A DNA stretch of 64,000 bases from Rhynchopus sp. YZ270_cl-10. Lineage: Eukaryota. The position numbers were made by a program, and so were the translations under genes. The notes below the pieces were generated by a model. The model was given only the letters and a program-made list of their open reading frames with translations, ran no database searches and was not told the origin of the DNA. The stretch covers positions 868,001 through 932,000 of the forward strand of contig OZ037833.1 in NCBI GenBank assembly GCA_964035575.1, given 5' to 3'. Within the stretch, counting starts at the first letter, position 1. The number at the start of each line of letters is the position of its first letter. Shown here in pieces: positions 20,874 through 32,573 of this stretch.

Positions 20874-23800
20874 TCATGTTTCCCCCCTCGCCCTTGCGAG
20901 ATCGCTCTGAAGCTGGAGCTTTTCGCGTTGTAGGATTTCCAGTTTGGAGAGGGTGCTGGTTTCGAGGTCTTGAAGCTCTGCTTCTGCTCGGAGGGCGCGC
21001 GACTTATACTCCTCTAGCTCTCTGAGCGTTGTGCGGTGGGTGCCTTCGAGGAAGGTTTTGAAGGATCCCTGCTGCACTGCTCCTCCACCCCCTGCACCTC
21101 CTCCTCCTCCACCGCCACCCCCAGTCAAGGCATTCCCGCTCCTTCCCCTCACCAGACCCGCCATAGACGAACGGCGTTCCTTCTGCAGATCTTCCTCCAA
21201 GGCAAGAATCTGTTTGGAATGATGTGCCTGGATTTGCACTATATCGGTTTTCCCATTCGCACCCCGCACCTCTACTGCCATTTCCACCAGGGTGTCGACA
21301 GCGACGGACATAGTGTCCCCACAGAGCTCGGGGTGGCGGGCAGCTTCGCGAAGCTGTTTGATGTGCGCGGCTTGCTGGCGGAGTTCTCTTTCCTTGATGG
21401 TTTGGAGCTCTCTACGGAGAAGGGTTTGGTCTCCGTTAGCGGAGAGGCTCTCGGCTTTGAGGGTGTTGATCTGCTGTTGTAATACTTCATTTTCTGATGC
21501 TAAATTCGGCTGTTCCATCCCCGCATTTCTCATCGCAACCAACTCCGCCTCCATCCCCCTGATCTGCCCTATATGCTGCAATCTCACCTCCAACTCCGCC
21601 ATAACCGAGGCTTCAGGGTCACCCAAATCCACCTCTCCGGTTTCCCTATAGCGGAACCCTACCATAGCTTCAATGGCATTACACGCAGTTTCCTTCCCTG
21701 CAGGGGAAATGCAACCCTTTGGAAGGTCCATCAACGCGCTTTGCAGCTTATTCTTTTTTAGGTGCACCACCTCCGCGTCGTCCCCACAGAGCATCCGAGA
21801 GGTAAGGTCTTCCACTGCTAGGATAACGTCCGATGTGATGTCGCCACCTTCAGAAAGCAAGGTAGTTATCCCCAAGGCACGTTGTTGAAGGAGAAGCGAG
21901 GTTTGGTGGGATGCGTCTTGAAGTGCCTGGGAGATGGCAGCTTCTGAAGCGTCTGCGAGACCGCGGAGGGTGTTGATTTCATGGTCAGATTTGTCTTTGT
22001 CATCGAGAGTACGGACCAAACCTTGCAATTCAGAGATAACACGAAGCCCGCCTCGCCGAATATGCCGTTCTGGTGACCGCTCCAACACAAAAACTGCGTA
22101 TCGTTTGAGCAATGCCTGCAGCGCAGCTGCCTTCTTATTTCTCATAAGCTCCACCGTCCCTCCTCTTGCCCGAGATGTGTCGAAGATTTGTGTATACGCA
22201 TATGTCCCTGCCCCACCTTCCTTTCCGCCAAAGGCGGGAGGTGCTTTGCTAAAGAATGGATGCGCTTCCATGTGATTCGCCGCAACATCAATACAATTCT
22301 GCACCGCCCTTCTCCATTCTTGCTGCGGTCCATCTTCCTCCTCCTCTTCTGGTACCGGTTTGCTTGGGGAAGATGGGTCTTGCCCTAGCCCTGCTTCCTC
22401 ACATTTTGAAAGAAAATTTTGAAATGCAGAATCAACGAGAGATCGGTCATCTTCATGCCCTACTTTACACGATGCAACAAACCGTTGAATTTCTGCAACG
22501 CACAAAGCAATAGGAGGCGCTCCGGTATGTGTTGATGAGAGCACTGCTTGGGATAAAATGAGGCCTTGGTTTTGATGTTCCGGGAGAACCGTTTTTGCGA
22601 GCACATTGGCCACATCGCGTTGAAGCGCAGCCAGCTCTGCTGTCCCTGCATCAGAAATCCGCGGCTTTGTAGTTTGCCCATCCAATCTCATAGACAAAAA
22701 GTCACACACCAACCGCGTCAAGCCTTCTATCGCATTAAGCAGTGCTGTAGTACCTACTGTAGGAGGAGCTTTTAATGCGGCTTTCAAATCATGGATATGA
22801 CTGTCCTGCATATTGAGGGCACGCGATTGGAGGTTGCTTAGAGTATGTGTCAGCATAGTGGCATCCGATTCGTAGCGAGAAATGAGAAGTTGGAGTCGTG
22901 TAATCTCCTCCCACTGCCGTTTTGAGGCGATCTGCAGCTCGATCTGCTGGTCTGGGGTGAGGAATTGCTCTGCCTCCAAGTGTCCTCGCAGTGCAGATAA
23001 CTCATCTTCTCGTGTTTTTAGTGTGGCGTGGTGCGTCGCTTGAACCGCGTTCAAATCGTCAATAGTCTTTTGCAACGCCACCACTGCCTTGAGATGCCTT
23101 GCTTCTACCTCCACAGTCGCTGGATTCTCGTCGTTTTTCTCGGTTTCTGGTGCGACCATGTTGACGCAATGTTCTGCTAGTGTGTCTGCTGCTAGGAGGA
23201 GGGTGGTATGTGCGTCAGGGTCACCTCCTAGTAGTCGTTTGACGTCGCGTACATGGTCTGCTTGTTGTGTGATGACAGTTTTTTTGAGAAATGCGGTTTC
23301 TTCTGCTAATGAGGCCTTCAGCTCGCGGAGCTGTTTGGCTTCGTTGCTTGCGGTGAGGTAGTTGGCGCGGAGGTTGACGAATTCGTCGCGCAGTGCGTCC
23401 CGCTCGTTGACAATCTTTTCGTTGGCTGCGTCTGCCTGCGTCGCCTCCGCCTTGACCTTCTCCAACTCCCGCGCGATCGTCCCAAGATGCTGATTCACCT
23501 CAGACGACTGATGTTCCTGCGCACTCTTCGACAGCCCCACCTTCTCCTTCAGCTCCTCCACCTGGAGATACAGCATCTGCTTCTGCCTCTCACAGTCAAT
23601 AAGCTCCAGCTCCAACGCGCGCAGACGCTCTGAGAGCAGCAGCAGCTTTGCCCGCATGCGTTCCCCTTCGATTTCGTAGCGGTGATTTGAGGTTTCGTGC
23701 TCTTGAATCGGTATGGCACGACCTCCTTGGGTACAGATATGTCGTAGGGTAACTAACGCATTTTGCTGTCTCGTTGTGTAGAGTAACGTTGGTGCGTCGT

Positions 23801-24884
23801 TCAGGAGAGGGGAGCTTAGGAGTGAAGCTAATGCGGAGGTGTGTTGTAGAAGGCGTGCTGTGCTTGCTTGGTCTAACCCAGCGCGTTCTTCGAAGAAGAG
23901 AACGACTTCGGACATACAGTTCCCCCCAAGGAGACCTTCGCCTGCAATGATTTCAGTTACGGTGTCGGTTTTGTCGGCAGGGAGGGTGTTGACAGTGGCA
24001 CGGCCGTTGTGTTGGCATTCTTTCGCGACTTCGGCGGACATAAAGAACTTTGTGAGTCCTTCACCTAATCCTACTCCACTGTAGGAAGGCATGTCAACCA
24101 CAAAGAGTTTCGAGTACAGCAGCACGTCGTCCTCGCTTTTGGGTTCCTGTCTGCACTCAAGGCAGAAGATGGTGGTCGCGTCTTCAAGACGGTGGTCGGT
24201 GTTCTGTGAATGGTCGGTGGCGACTTTGTGTTTGAGGTTGTGCGTTCCGAGGACATACGCATTCACTCCATCCTCCGGGGTATATATCGCAATGGATTTT
24301 GCGTTGTGAAACACCATGTCAAATGTTGAGAATGGTGCGTATTCTGAGGCAGCTTCGTTGTTGTCGTTTGGGTCGCGGAGGAGGTCGTAACACTTTCCCC
24401 CCAATCCTGCCATAGCGGGAGGTAGCGCAGAGTGACCAGCTGGGGGCCGTCCAAGACACGCAACCATTTGACACCTGAGTGTTACATTGTGATGCATATA
24501 TTGTCGTTTGCTTTCAAGGACAATGTGTTTGAACACCTTAGCCAGCCAGCCATCGAGAACCGGGTGTGGATTAACCTTCATAGAATCATGGGAAATCATG
24601 AAGAAGGCGACATTTACCCCAACGAGGAGCTGTTTGAGGGTGCGCTTCTGCTCGCTAAAGAGAGGAGACTCTTGGTCGTAGTGGATTCTGCTGATGGCTT
24701 CGTGCACGGAGTCGTACTGGAAGGGCACGGCCTGGGGTGGGGCAATGAGCAGAGCTGTCGTCCGCTGGTCCAGGGTCACGTAGCACTCCCCCTGCGAATG
24801 CACGTTTCGCACCAACTGTAAACGAGACTTAACACTATCTCGACACCCATCTGGTATTGGAAACGCGACATTGTCGGTGCTCAT
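20874..24884 (-). CDS. 1336-aa coiled-coil protein, CCDC78-like, with a degenerate kinesin-like N-terminal domain
   Basis: Long uninterrupted ORF. SKLFVVDM and LLGGNC motifs are spaced as in a kinesin head, but there is no P-loop. YEIEGERMRAKLLLLSERLRALELEL, DEFVNLRANYL and ELEEYKSRALRAEAELQDL resemble CCDC78 segments as recalled. The ORF is secure; the identity is tentative. Confidence 0.7.
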   Translation of the reverse strand: MSTDNVAFPIPDGCRDSVKSRLQLVRNVHSQGECYVTLDQRTTALLIAPPQAVPFQYDSVHEAISRIHYDQESPLFSEQKRTLKQLLVGVNVAFFMISHDSMKVNPHPVLDGWLAKVFKHIVLESKRQYMHHNVTLRCQMVACLGRPPAGHSALPPAMAGLGGKCYDLLRDPNDNNEAASEYAPFSTFDMVFHNAKSIAIYTPEDGVNAYVLGTHNLKHKVATDHSQNTDHRLEDATTIFCLECRQEPKSEDDVLLYSKLFVVDMPSYSGVGLGEGLTKFFMSAEVAKECQHNGRATVNTLPADKTDTVTEIIAGEGLLGGNCMSEVVLFFEERAGLDQASTARLLQHTSALASLLSSPLLNDAPTLLYTTRQQNALVTLRHICTQGGRAIPIQEHETSNHRYEIEGERMRAKLLLLSERLRALELELIDCERQKQMLYLQVEELKEKVGLSKSAQEHQSSEVNQHLGTIARELEKVKAEATQADAANEKIVNERDALRDEFVNLRANYLTASNEAKQLRELKASLAEETAFLKKTVITQQADHVRDVKRLLGGDPDAHTTLLLAADTLAEHCVNMVAPETEKNDENPATVEVEARHLKAVVALQKTIDDLNAVQATHHATLKTREDELSALRGHLEAEQFLTPDQQIELQIASKRQWEEITRLQLLISRYESDATMLTHTLSNLQSRALNMQDSHIHDLKAALKAPPTVGTTALLNAIEGLTRLVCDFLSMRLDGQTTKPRISDAGTAELAALQRDVANVLAKTVLPEHQNQGLILSQAVLSSTHTGAPPIALCVAEIQRFVASCKVGHEDDRSLVDSAFQNFLSKCEEAGLGQDPSSPSKPVPEEEEEDGPQQEWRRAVQNCIDVAANHMEAHPFFSKAPPAFGGKEGGAGTYAYTQIFDTSRARGGTVELMRNKKAAALQALLKRYAVFVLERSPERHIRRGGLRVISELQGLVRTLDDKDKSDHEINTLRGLADASEAAISQALQDASHQTSLLLQQRALGITTLLSEGGDITSDVILAVEDLTSRMLCGDDAEVVHLKKNKLQSALMDLPKGCISPAGKETACNAIEAMVGFRYRETGEVDLGDPEASVMAELEVRLQHIGQIRGMEAELVAMRNAGMEQPNLASENEVLQQQINTLKAESLSANGDQTLLRRELQTIKERELRQQAAHIKQLREAARHPELCGDTMSVAVDTLVEMAVEVRGANGKTDIVQIQAHHSKQILALEEDLQKERRSSMAGLVRGRSGNALTGGGGGGGGGAGGGGAVQQGSFKTFLEGTHRTTLRELEEYKSRALRAEAELQDLETSTLSKLEILQREKLQLQSDLARARGET

Positions 24885-25344
24885 AGTATGGGCTTTTCTT
24901 TTTTGCTGTTAATGGAAGTGAGTGAAACCAAAAAAGAGTAAAATTGAGATATCTGGTCACCTTTGATCACAATCGCTGTGCGACTTTGCACAAAATGGTG
25001 GGGATGGATAGTGGTGTATACGGATAGTATGTGAATACGTAAAGAATACATAAGTCATATGCAGATCTCACAGACATCCGTGAGGTATGCAGCGGCAGGC
25101 GTGATGCCTTTCGTAAGTGCATGTCAAGCTTGTTTGAATTGGTGCAAGCGATCCGAAGGTACTGAAGGTGTGGGTTGTTGGAGGAAAAAGGGGGTTTTTT
25201 TATGCAAAGGATAAGAGGGTGCGGGGATTGTCTTATGTGGTGGGTAGAGAACCCAAATAGAGAGAAGAAGTGGAGTTGAAAGCCCCGGTTCCCACCTCAG
25301 TTACAGCTTGCATTTTTTGTTTTGTTTTTTGAAGAGAATCTGAA

Positions 25345-25591
25345 CCATGGATGTACAACGTACTTGGTGTGATCACCCAAACGGATTCTCCGTGGTTCCC
25401 CCGAAGGTGCTCCGCAAATCTTAATATAGCCCGAAACAGTTCTCCGTGGTTCCCCCGTGGGTTGTCGGTACCTTGAATCACACCAGTACTTGAATAGAAA
25501 AACTATCCCATCAAGCACAAATGCAGAAAGTACTCGAAAGTAGGAAGAAAAAAAAAATCAAAAAAAAGTGAAGTACGTTGTACATCCATGG
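25345..25591. mobile_element. MITE with CCATGGATGT termini
   Basis: TIR CCATGGATGTACAACGTACTT / AAGTACGTTGTACATCCATGG. Flanks are TGAA (or 6-bp CTGAAC/GTGAAC). The left TIR is interrupted by the TG..CA element. Confidence 0.8.
25365..25485. mobile_element. Miniature TG..CA element with 5-bp TSD, nested
   Basis: Ends TGGTGTGATC ... GAATCACACCA. TSD GTACT at 25360-25364 and 25486-25490. Confidence 0.9.
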
Positions 25592-26501
25592 TGAACAAAA
25601 AATGCAATATTTTTTTTTGAATTTTTTTGTGCTGAAAACAAAAAAAAGGCGGACCGGGCCGCACAGTACAGTTCACACACAAAAAGGAATGACGTTTGAA
25701 AGTTTTATAAGATGAACCTAAGCCGCTCTTGCTTAGTCACCTAGAAAAAAAATAGCATCTAAAAAGGGGGTGGTCGAAAAGAGAAATGATTGTAGAACGG
25801 ATGCAGGCATGAGCTCCATTGTATGTGTGGGTTTTTGTTTGTGCGTAAAGTGTGTAATAAACATTCTGTGTTGATATTATTACTACAATACGCCTCCCAC
25901 TGAGTACCTTACCCTGTGAAGAGGAAACCTCTTTGAGGCCAAAAAATAAAAAAAAAAATGCAACAAAACGTCACGACGGACGCAGTAACCATTGCTTCCA
26001 TTGCGGCTATTCGCCCCCATCCCTCCCTTCCCCATATGTCAAGGGAGGGAGTAGAGAGATGTGTTTTTTGTTGTTGTCGACAATCATTCCTTTTTTTGTT
26101 TTTGAAAACTTGGTTGTATTAGTGTAGACACCCGAGAATGAGCTCCACTATATTTTTTTTTGTTGCCGACAATAACGCAGTAGTCGTTAGGAGGATAGAA
26201 GGGGAGATGCATGCAATCAAATCATTTGTGTAGAAAAGAGTTCGAGGCTGTAGGGTTTCATTATCCCCCCATTTAATAAAATGGAGGAAGCGGGTTTTTT
26301 GAATCTAGTGGAGGGGGTTTTTAAGCAAAAAAACACGACCTCGCCCTACCCTATATTGAGACCTTCGAACCCAACACAAGAAACCTTCAGCAGCATTTTT
26401 TAATACCCCACACAAAAAAATACACAAAGAACAGGGTCCAATTCTGTCCTCTGGAAAAAATTTTTTTTATTGTGTATTGCATCCTCTCTTTCTTTGCATT
26501 A

Positions 26502-26606
26502 CCGTAATCGTAAAATGTTCGTAAAAAAAAAAAGGTCGAACTTCCAGAAAAAAATCCTGAAAAGGTTGAACATTATTACGGTCAATAATTTTTTTTACGA
26601 TCACGG
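26502..26606. mobile_element. Tc1/mariner (pogo/Tc2-like) MITE
   Basis: TA|CCGTAATCGTAAAA ... TTTTACGATCACGG|TA. Second copy at 2895-3175. Confidence 0.75.
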
Positions 26607-26652
26607 TATTTTGTTGTATTGACAATATCCTAATTTCCTACCTTAGTATATA

Positions 26653-27997
26653 CATAGCGCTCCAATTAGAGTGTTAGGGTATAATTAGAGTCTGGGATTT
26701 TGGGTCAAGTCAGTTAGAGTCCAGTTAGAGTATAATTAGAGTCGCTTTTCTTCAATTAGACTATAATTAGAGCGCAGTTAGAGCATAATTAGACTCTAAC
26801 TACACTCTAATTATAGTCTAATTAGAGTAAAACAACAGGCTTCTTGTAGGTGCAAACGCCTTAAGGAACTGGTTCCCCTAAGGTTCCTCTGTAGGACCCA
26901 GGTGTCCAGGTGCCCACATAGCTGAGAATAAGACTTGGGGACCCGGGACCCGGTTATTCTCAGCCGGACTGGGACACAACTATGTGAAGGCGCTGTGGGT
27001 CCGCCTGAAAGCGGGTCGGGGACCCGGTCGCGGGAGGGTGGGGGCCTAGTCCAAGTCCTACTGTACCTAGTACCCGGGACTCGGGACCCGGCTTATTCTC
27101 AGCTATGGGTACCCGGACCCGCAGTGGCACATGCCCTCAAGTGTGAGTGACCCACACATGAGGGAATGCGACACCGCAAAAACTCTTCGTGCACCTTCGG
27201 GTGCAATGCCGCAGACAGGCCAAACAGCGTTGGACTCAGAGGAATTCCTGCTGTGCAGGTAACAAACATGAGAACCAACTCCCAGTAACAAGGGGCGCCT
27301 TTTGGCGGGCGTTATTGAGGATGTTTGGGGTGCAAAGTTTTCCACAATTTTGATGCGCGGGTACAGAAGTGTTGTCTTGTTCTTTCATCTCTAGGAATGT
27401 AAATGTCAATCGAGTTTAACTACCACTAAGGGGTCGAAGGGGATAATCCCAGTATCAAAGGTTGTGTCGACGGGAAATCTATGAGTATACGTTCATTTCA
27501 TCCGCAGAAATAACTACTTATGAACCCAGGAGAGATCCAAGCCTCGCGCTAAACCACCACCCGCGATTGACTTAGATGTTATAACAAAGAGAATTCATAA
27601 CAAACAACACCCTACCCCATGCACACTAAAGTGCCATGCTTCAAGTGATCATGCCCTGGGCCAAAATTCCTGTGCTAAAAAGGCAACAAGACCAGTGTGA
27701 ATTGTGCACTGGTTTTCTGGGGGAACAAACAATATTTTCTTGTATCTAGTCCTCTGCAAGCAGAAAACAGACGTTCTGGATTACAAAATCGAATTTCTTG
27801 CACTGGCTATGCTCCCTGGGTTTATGGCTATAGCATTGGTTGATGTGCCCCTCTTATTGACCCTATTATAAGACTCTAATTAGAGTCTAATTAGAGTCCA
27901 GTTAGAGTATTAGAGTTCAGTTAGAGTTTTAAAGACTCTAATTATACTCTAACTGCCGACTCTAATTATCTAGTTGGAGTCTAATTAGAGCGCTATG
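26653..27997. mobile_element. Non-autonomous DNA element with TAATTAGAG subterminal arrays
   Basis: TIR CATAGCGCTC(C/T)AATTAGA, flanked by TATA on both sides. Many TAATTAGAG/CTCTAATTA units at both ends. An internal inverted pair CATAGCTGAGAATAAG (about 26917) / CTTATTCTCAGCTATG (about 27092) suggests a nested MITE. Confidence 0.8.
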
Positions 27998-28152
27998 TAT
28001 ATTAGTAGGTAACTAGAGTTCTGTACTCAATGCCTACCAAAACCTTTACAATCACATTACCATATTTCCGTTTAAAAACAGAAAAAAAAAACCACATTTT
28101 TTTTTTTTTTGAGAGTAGCCCATTCCCCCCACCCCCCTCTTCACATCACCAT

Positions 28153-30324
28153 TCATTGAAAACAGGACGTCAAAAACAGTCGCTTCCGCTTCTCTGCTGG
28201 CGGAACGCCTTGCTTCTGTATCTGGGCCTGCTGTAAGGCCTGCGCGCTAGACTCACTGAGACCACTCCACGGTCGCCCCACACCCCCCACCACCCCCTCG
28301 GTCTCCACCCTTGGTATTACCGGGGGAAGCATTCTCCTGGGCGCACTTCCACCACCACCTTCCTTTGGTTTCACGAGGTTCGCGAGATGGGTGGGGTCTA
28401 CTCTCACACGGTCGTTTCCTGCGTTTTGCACACTGCGAAGTCGGTTTAACGCTTCCTCTGTTGGGCGCATTGCTGGTTGCGGTGGTGGCACCTCATCACA
28501 CCCTTCAGAGTCCGCATCCTCAATGCATTCCTCTAACCCCATTTGCGTGGCCTGCTGTCTAAGACAATCCATACTGAATATACTATGCGCGACATCGCAG
28601 ACCCCATGTGGACACGCAGGTTTTGAAATTGGTGGAGAAGAAGAGTCATCAAAACTGACACCTCGCTTGCGTTTTCTCTGTTCAGGTGCCTTATCGGAGG
28701 ACCGCATTCTTTTGAGGATCGGTGGGGGTGCAGGGCCATTTGGTTCGGAGGTCTGCACTGCAGGGGTTGCTGGGGTTGGTTGAAGTGGTGTGATCGGTGA
28801 GTCTTCCGCTGGAGGAAGAGGAAGAGGAGGAGGAGGAGGAGGAGGAGGAGGAGGAGGGGACGACTCCTCAGGCTCTTGATAGTAGGTCGCTCTCTCCATG
28901 ATCTGTTTCAACGCTGTGTGTGTTGTGTCCTGCTTCGGCTTAGGTTGTGAGGGCTTCCCCCGCCCTTTTTTCACAAGAGTTTTCGTGCCCCCCAACGGAA
29001 CCCCTAAGCAACAGAGCTGTGGAGGTGACAGCTTGAGGGTCACCCCTGAGGGTTTGTCCGTTTCTGGTGTAAGCGTGGTGGTTGGGGTAGGGGTGGTGAC
29101 GTTGGGTGTTGGTGTTGTCATTGTGGTGGTGGTGGTGGTGGCTGTCTCCAGCTGCCAGGAATGCTTGCCAAACGCAGCTGCGGGCTTCCCTCTGAGACGC
29201 TGCACCGACAGCATTTTGGCAACATTTTGAAGATACGTCTCAGCATTCCGCAACGTAGCCTTAACCTGTTCATTTTTCTGCGATTTCTCATGATACGATT
29301 CTAGAGTAACAGGACAAAGGGTGTGGTTGAGACACATTGCCACAGATGTCTCTTTATCCCTCACTTTTCCTAGCACTGATTCTACCCAGGTAGGGTCCAA
29401 AGGGACGGAAGGGTTTACAGCTCGAAAATGCCTCATTTCTGCCTTCCGTGGGTCAAAAACTATGTGATGTTTGAACGCAAAAAACGCACGAAGAAACTCA
29501 TATTCGTATGAAGCAAGACCATCTGTTCCTCTTGCAGCGTATTTCGCGTCGCTCCGCAGTGCCTCCAAAATCTTTGGTAATGTTTTGTGCTCTGCGACCA
29601 ACCGATTCGCCTTTTTAATGCCGATCCCTTTGAGGGACTGACTGTAGTCGCACCCCGCGAGCACCAGATTCGTGAGAAGCATGTCTTCGCTGAAGCTTCC
29701 TAATGGGAGGTCTGTGTTGTCTGCGAGACGGCTTGCTTGGATGAGGATTCCCTTCCCTCCGTGGTCCACTTTAAAGAGAACGGAGGGCGTCAGATATGCG
29801 ATGAGATCGCTGTCTTCGGTGATCACAACGTCAATGTAGGAGGAGTGTGCCAGGTATGCTAGCTGCGCATCAGCCTCGTAGGGTGCTACTATGCATTCAA
29901 CGTTCATCTGCTTCAGAACCATGATAAGTGACTGCGCTATAGCAGGGGTGACCTCAAGGGCAATTGAATATTCGTTGTTTGCGTCAACACTGCGGTTTTG
30001 CTGATCCAACGCGGCGGCGCGTTGCAACGCTGCCTGGCGTTTTACATGGCGTTGGCTGTTCGTCCCCGCCTTTAACGGCAAATCACTCCCATCAAACACC
30101 ATAACAATCTCAACCCCAAAAGAAAGATACATCTGCACCCTCTGCACTATATTCTGTATGTACTGTGTGCACGCAGCTCCGGTGGTCAGTTCCCTTGCAT
30201 TGCATCGAGCCATCTTATGAAGCCAACAATATGTGTCAACTCCAACACGTTTTCCCTTCAACGAAGAGATATGACATGGTTCTTCAATACTTCTTAAACA
30301 CGGTAGCAACCCTGCAATACCCAT
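28153..30324 (-). CDS. EXO1: Exonuclease 1 (XPG/RAD2 family)
   Basis: MGIAGLLP, GVDTYCWLH, VFDG, VAPYEADAQLAYL, ITEDSDL and LAGCDY..GIGIKKA (H3TH) motifs, followed by a low-complexity C-terminus. Confidence 0.95.
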   Translation of the reverse strand: MGIAGLLPCLRSIEEPCHISSLKGKRVGVDTYCWLHKMARCNARELTTGAACTQYIQNIVQRVQMYLSFGVEIVMVFDGSDLPLKAGTNSQRHVKRQAALQRAAALDQQNRSVDANNEYSIALEVTPAIAQSLIMVLKQMNVECIVAPYEADAQLAYLAHSSYIDVVITEDSDLIAYLTPSVLFKVDHGGKGILIQASRLADNTDLPLGSFSEDMLLTNLVLAGCDYSQSLKGIGIKKANRLVAEHKTLPKILEALRSDAKYAARGTDGLASYEYEFLRAFFAFKHHIVFDPRKAEMRHFRAVNPSVPLDPTWVESVLGKVRDKETSVAMCLNHTLCPVTLESYHEKSQKNEQVKATLRNAETYLQNVAKMLSVQRLRGKPAAAFGKHSWQLETATTTTTTMTTPTPNVTTPTPTTTLTPETDKPSGVTLKLSPPQLCCLGVPLGGTKTLVKKGRGKPSQPKPKQDTTHTALKQIMERATYYQEPEESSPPPPPPPPPPPLPLPPAEDSPITPLQPTPATPAVQTSEPNGPAPPPILKRMRSSDKAPEQRKRKRGVSFDDSSSPPISKPACPHGVCDVAHSIFSMDCLRQQATQMGLEECIEDADSEGCDEVPPPQPAMRPTEEALNRLRSVQNAGNDRVRVDPTHLANLVKPKEGGGGSAPRRMLPPVIPRVETEGVVGGVGRPWSGLSESSAQALQQAQIQKQGVPPAEKRKRLFLTSCFQ

Positions 30325-31431
30325 TTCTCAAGGAAAAAAAAAAGAGAAGGAAAAAAAGGGGGTGGTTCAAACCACCATAAGGGAAAAGAAAAGAAAGGTG
30401 ACTTTGAAATGCAAAGCCCTCTCGTGAACAGTGTACCTAAATAATCTAAAAAAGTATTACAAGATGAACCCAAGTCTCTCTTTGTGCTCAGTCACCTGGT
30501 GAGGGGAGGGGAGGTTATTTTAGTGAATTGTGAAATCAAAAAAAAGAGAGAGAGAAAAAAGAGGGTATTGTGTGTTGTTGTTTGGGTCCTTAGAAAGGGG
30601 GGGTCACCTCTGTGTGTTGGTATCTCTTTGGGGAAAGAGGGGGGGGAGGCAAGCATGATTACTGAAGAGAAAATTTTTTTGACCTTTTTTTGTTATCAGT
30701 GTTTGTTTTTTTTTGTTTGTTTCGGTCAGAGAATACGTGTGTGTGGGGGGAGAGAGAAAGAGAGAGAGCGTGGGGATTTTTCTTATGTTTTTGTTTTTGT
30801 TTTTTTGTGAAGAAAAGAAGAAGAAAATCACACAGACGAACACATAATTGTTTGTCCCTGGTTGAGAGAGATTTGGGGGGGTGTGTTTTGGGTGACCTTT
30901 TTTTTTTTGCTGGCGATAATAACTTCGTGTTTTCCTAAAAAGCGTGGAGCTCACACAAGAACAAAGCGAGGTGTCTACACGTTATCAATTATTCATTGCA
31001 ATTTCAAAAAAAAACAATAATAAAAACCCTGTTCATCTTTTTAGTTGGTACGTTACCCGCATCATACGCTTATGGAACAACATGCCCTTAGTAGGGAGGG
31101 GAGGGGGAAAGCACAGAAACATAACGAACCTCAGAGATTGTAACCAGACGTCTTGCCTCCCTCCCCCCCCTTTGGCGCACTCAACAAATAGAGAGAAAGG
31201 CATCTAGGGTAAAGGACCCTACTACTCCTCAGTTTTTTTTGGGGGGAAAAGGTTTGACTTGAAATACAAAGCCCTCTTGTGACAGTGTACCTAAAAAAAA
31301 GTTTTGTTTTTTTTTATAGATGATTCTAAGCCATCATTTTGCTAACTTAAAGAGGAATACTAGAAATGCACCGGGGAATCCACCTGATTTTTTTCCCCCT
31401 AAAATTTGGCGGAGTTGGTATTTAAATACCA

Positions 31432-31553
31432 CACGGTGCAGTCTGTCCTGGAAAATGTCGGACCCTTTTGTCGGACTCCGAGGGGGTCCGACTGTCGGAC
31501 TCAGGGGGTAAGTCCGTTATTTACACACTCCAAGCAGGACAGACTGCACCGTG
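31432..31553. mobile_element. MITE with CAC..GTG termini (CACTA/CMC-like)
   Basis: Perfect 19-bp TIR CACGGTGCAGTCTGTCCTG. 2-bp flank CA/CA. Internal TGTCGGAC/GTCCGAC motifs. Confidence 0.8.
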
Positions 31554-31749
31554 CACTATATATTAAAAAAAAAAATATAATGAAACTCCATCAAACTCTC
31601 AGGCAAAACTCAGATGGGGAATGCAAAAAGAAACTGGGATACGCAACGTATGTGTATTCACGCGACTGGGATGGGTCATCTGGTTTGCACCAGAAAAAGG
31701 GGGGATTTTTTTTTGTGCGTTTCACCACCTCTCCCTTTTGTTTTTATTG

Positions 31750-31801
31750 TTTTGAAAACTTGGTTGTATTAGTGTAGACACCCAAGGATGAACTCCACTA
31801 T
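31750..31801 (-). repeat. Hairpin micro-element family D (representative copy)
   Basis: Plus-strand consensus (T)nGAAAACTTGGTTGTATTAGTGTAGACACCCRAGGATGARCTCCACTAT. Copies near 5797, 26103, 31753, 33902, 34525 (split by two insertions), 37647, 41015, 42944 and 48356. Confidence 0.9.
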
Positions 31802-32573
31802 GTTTTTTTTTATTGCGGGGGGATGGGGGAAACACAAAGAAAAAATTAGGAGTGCGGTTTCAATTTTAATAAGACCCCAAGCCTCATGTGCTCGAAGTCG
31901 AGGAGCATATATGGGGAGGTGACTGTACCCAATTACTGAGCAGAACCAATCGCCTGATTACTCTCACAATCTTTTTTTTTCTCCCAAAAAAAGAGAAAAA
32001 AACAGGAGAATAACTACCCAACTTAACTAGCCATTTTGTCGTTGTTTAGTTGCCACAGAAAAAGGCTTGTTAAGATTCATTTCCCCTGCCCCTGCTCGCA
32101 CAGAAAAAAAAACACACACATTTTTAAAAGGGTGAGAAAGAGGAAAAAAAAGACAAATGGCGTTAGCTTAATATGCCAGGTTATCAGAGGGTGTTTGTAA
32201 CCTGACGCGTCGGTCGGTGTATGGACCATCACCGTCACCCCCCCTGCCAAAGAGAGAATCGTGTTGGCGAAAAATATCGGGTTGTTTGTGCGTTCAAAGC
32301 CGGGGCGAAAAGAAAAGAAAAGTTTATAGGATGACCCTAAGCCTCTCGTGCTTGGTCACCTTGGGAAAAATAAAGGGGGTTGTAGACACGTTGATGTATA
32401 CACCAATCTGTAAAGAAAGAAAAGTTTATGAGATGAACCTAAGCCAAGAAAGAAAAAGGTATTTTTTTTTTGTGAGAACGCCTCACAGCCCCACGTTTTT
32501 TTTTTTCACCACCTAGCATGAGGGTGTTGTTGGAAAGATGGTTTTGCCTGTTTAAACAAAAAACAGACAGCTG

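Noticed and set aside
27130..27860. Transposase remnant inside the 26653-27997 element
   Set aside because: Composition is coding-like, but frames are short and I recognised no motif.
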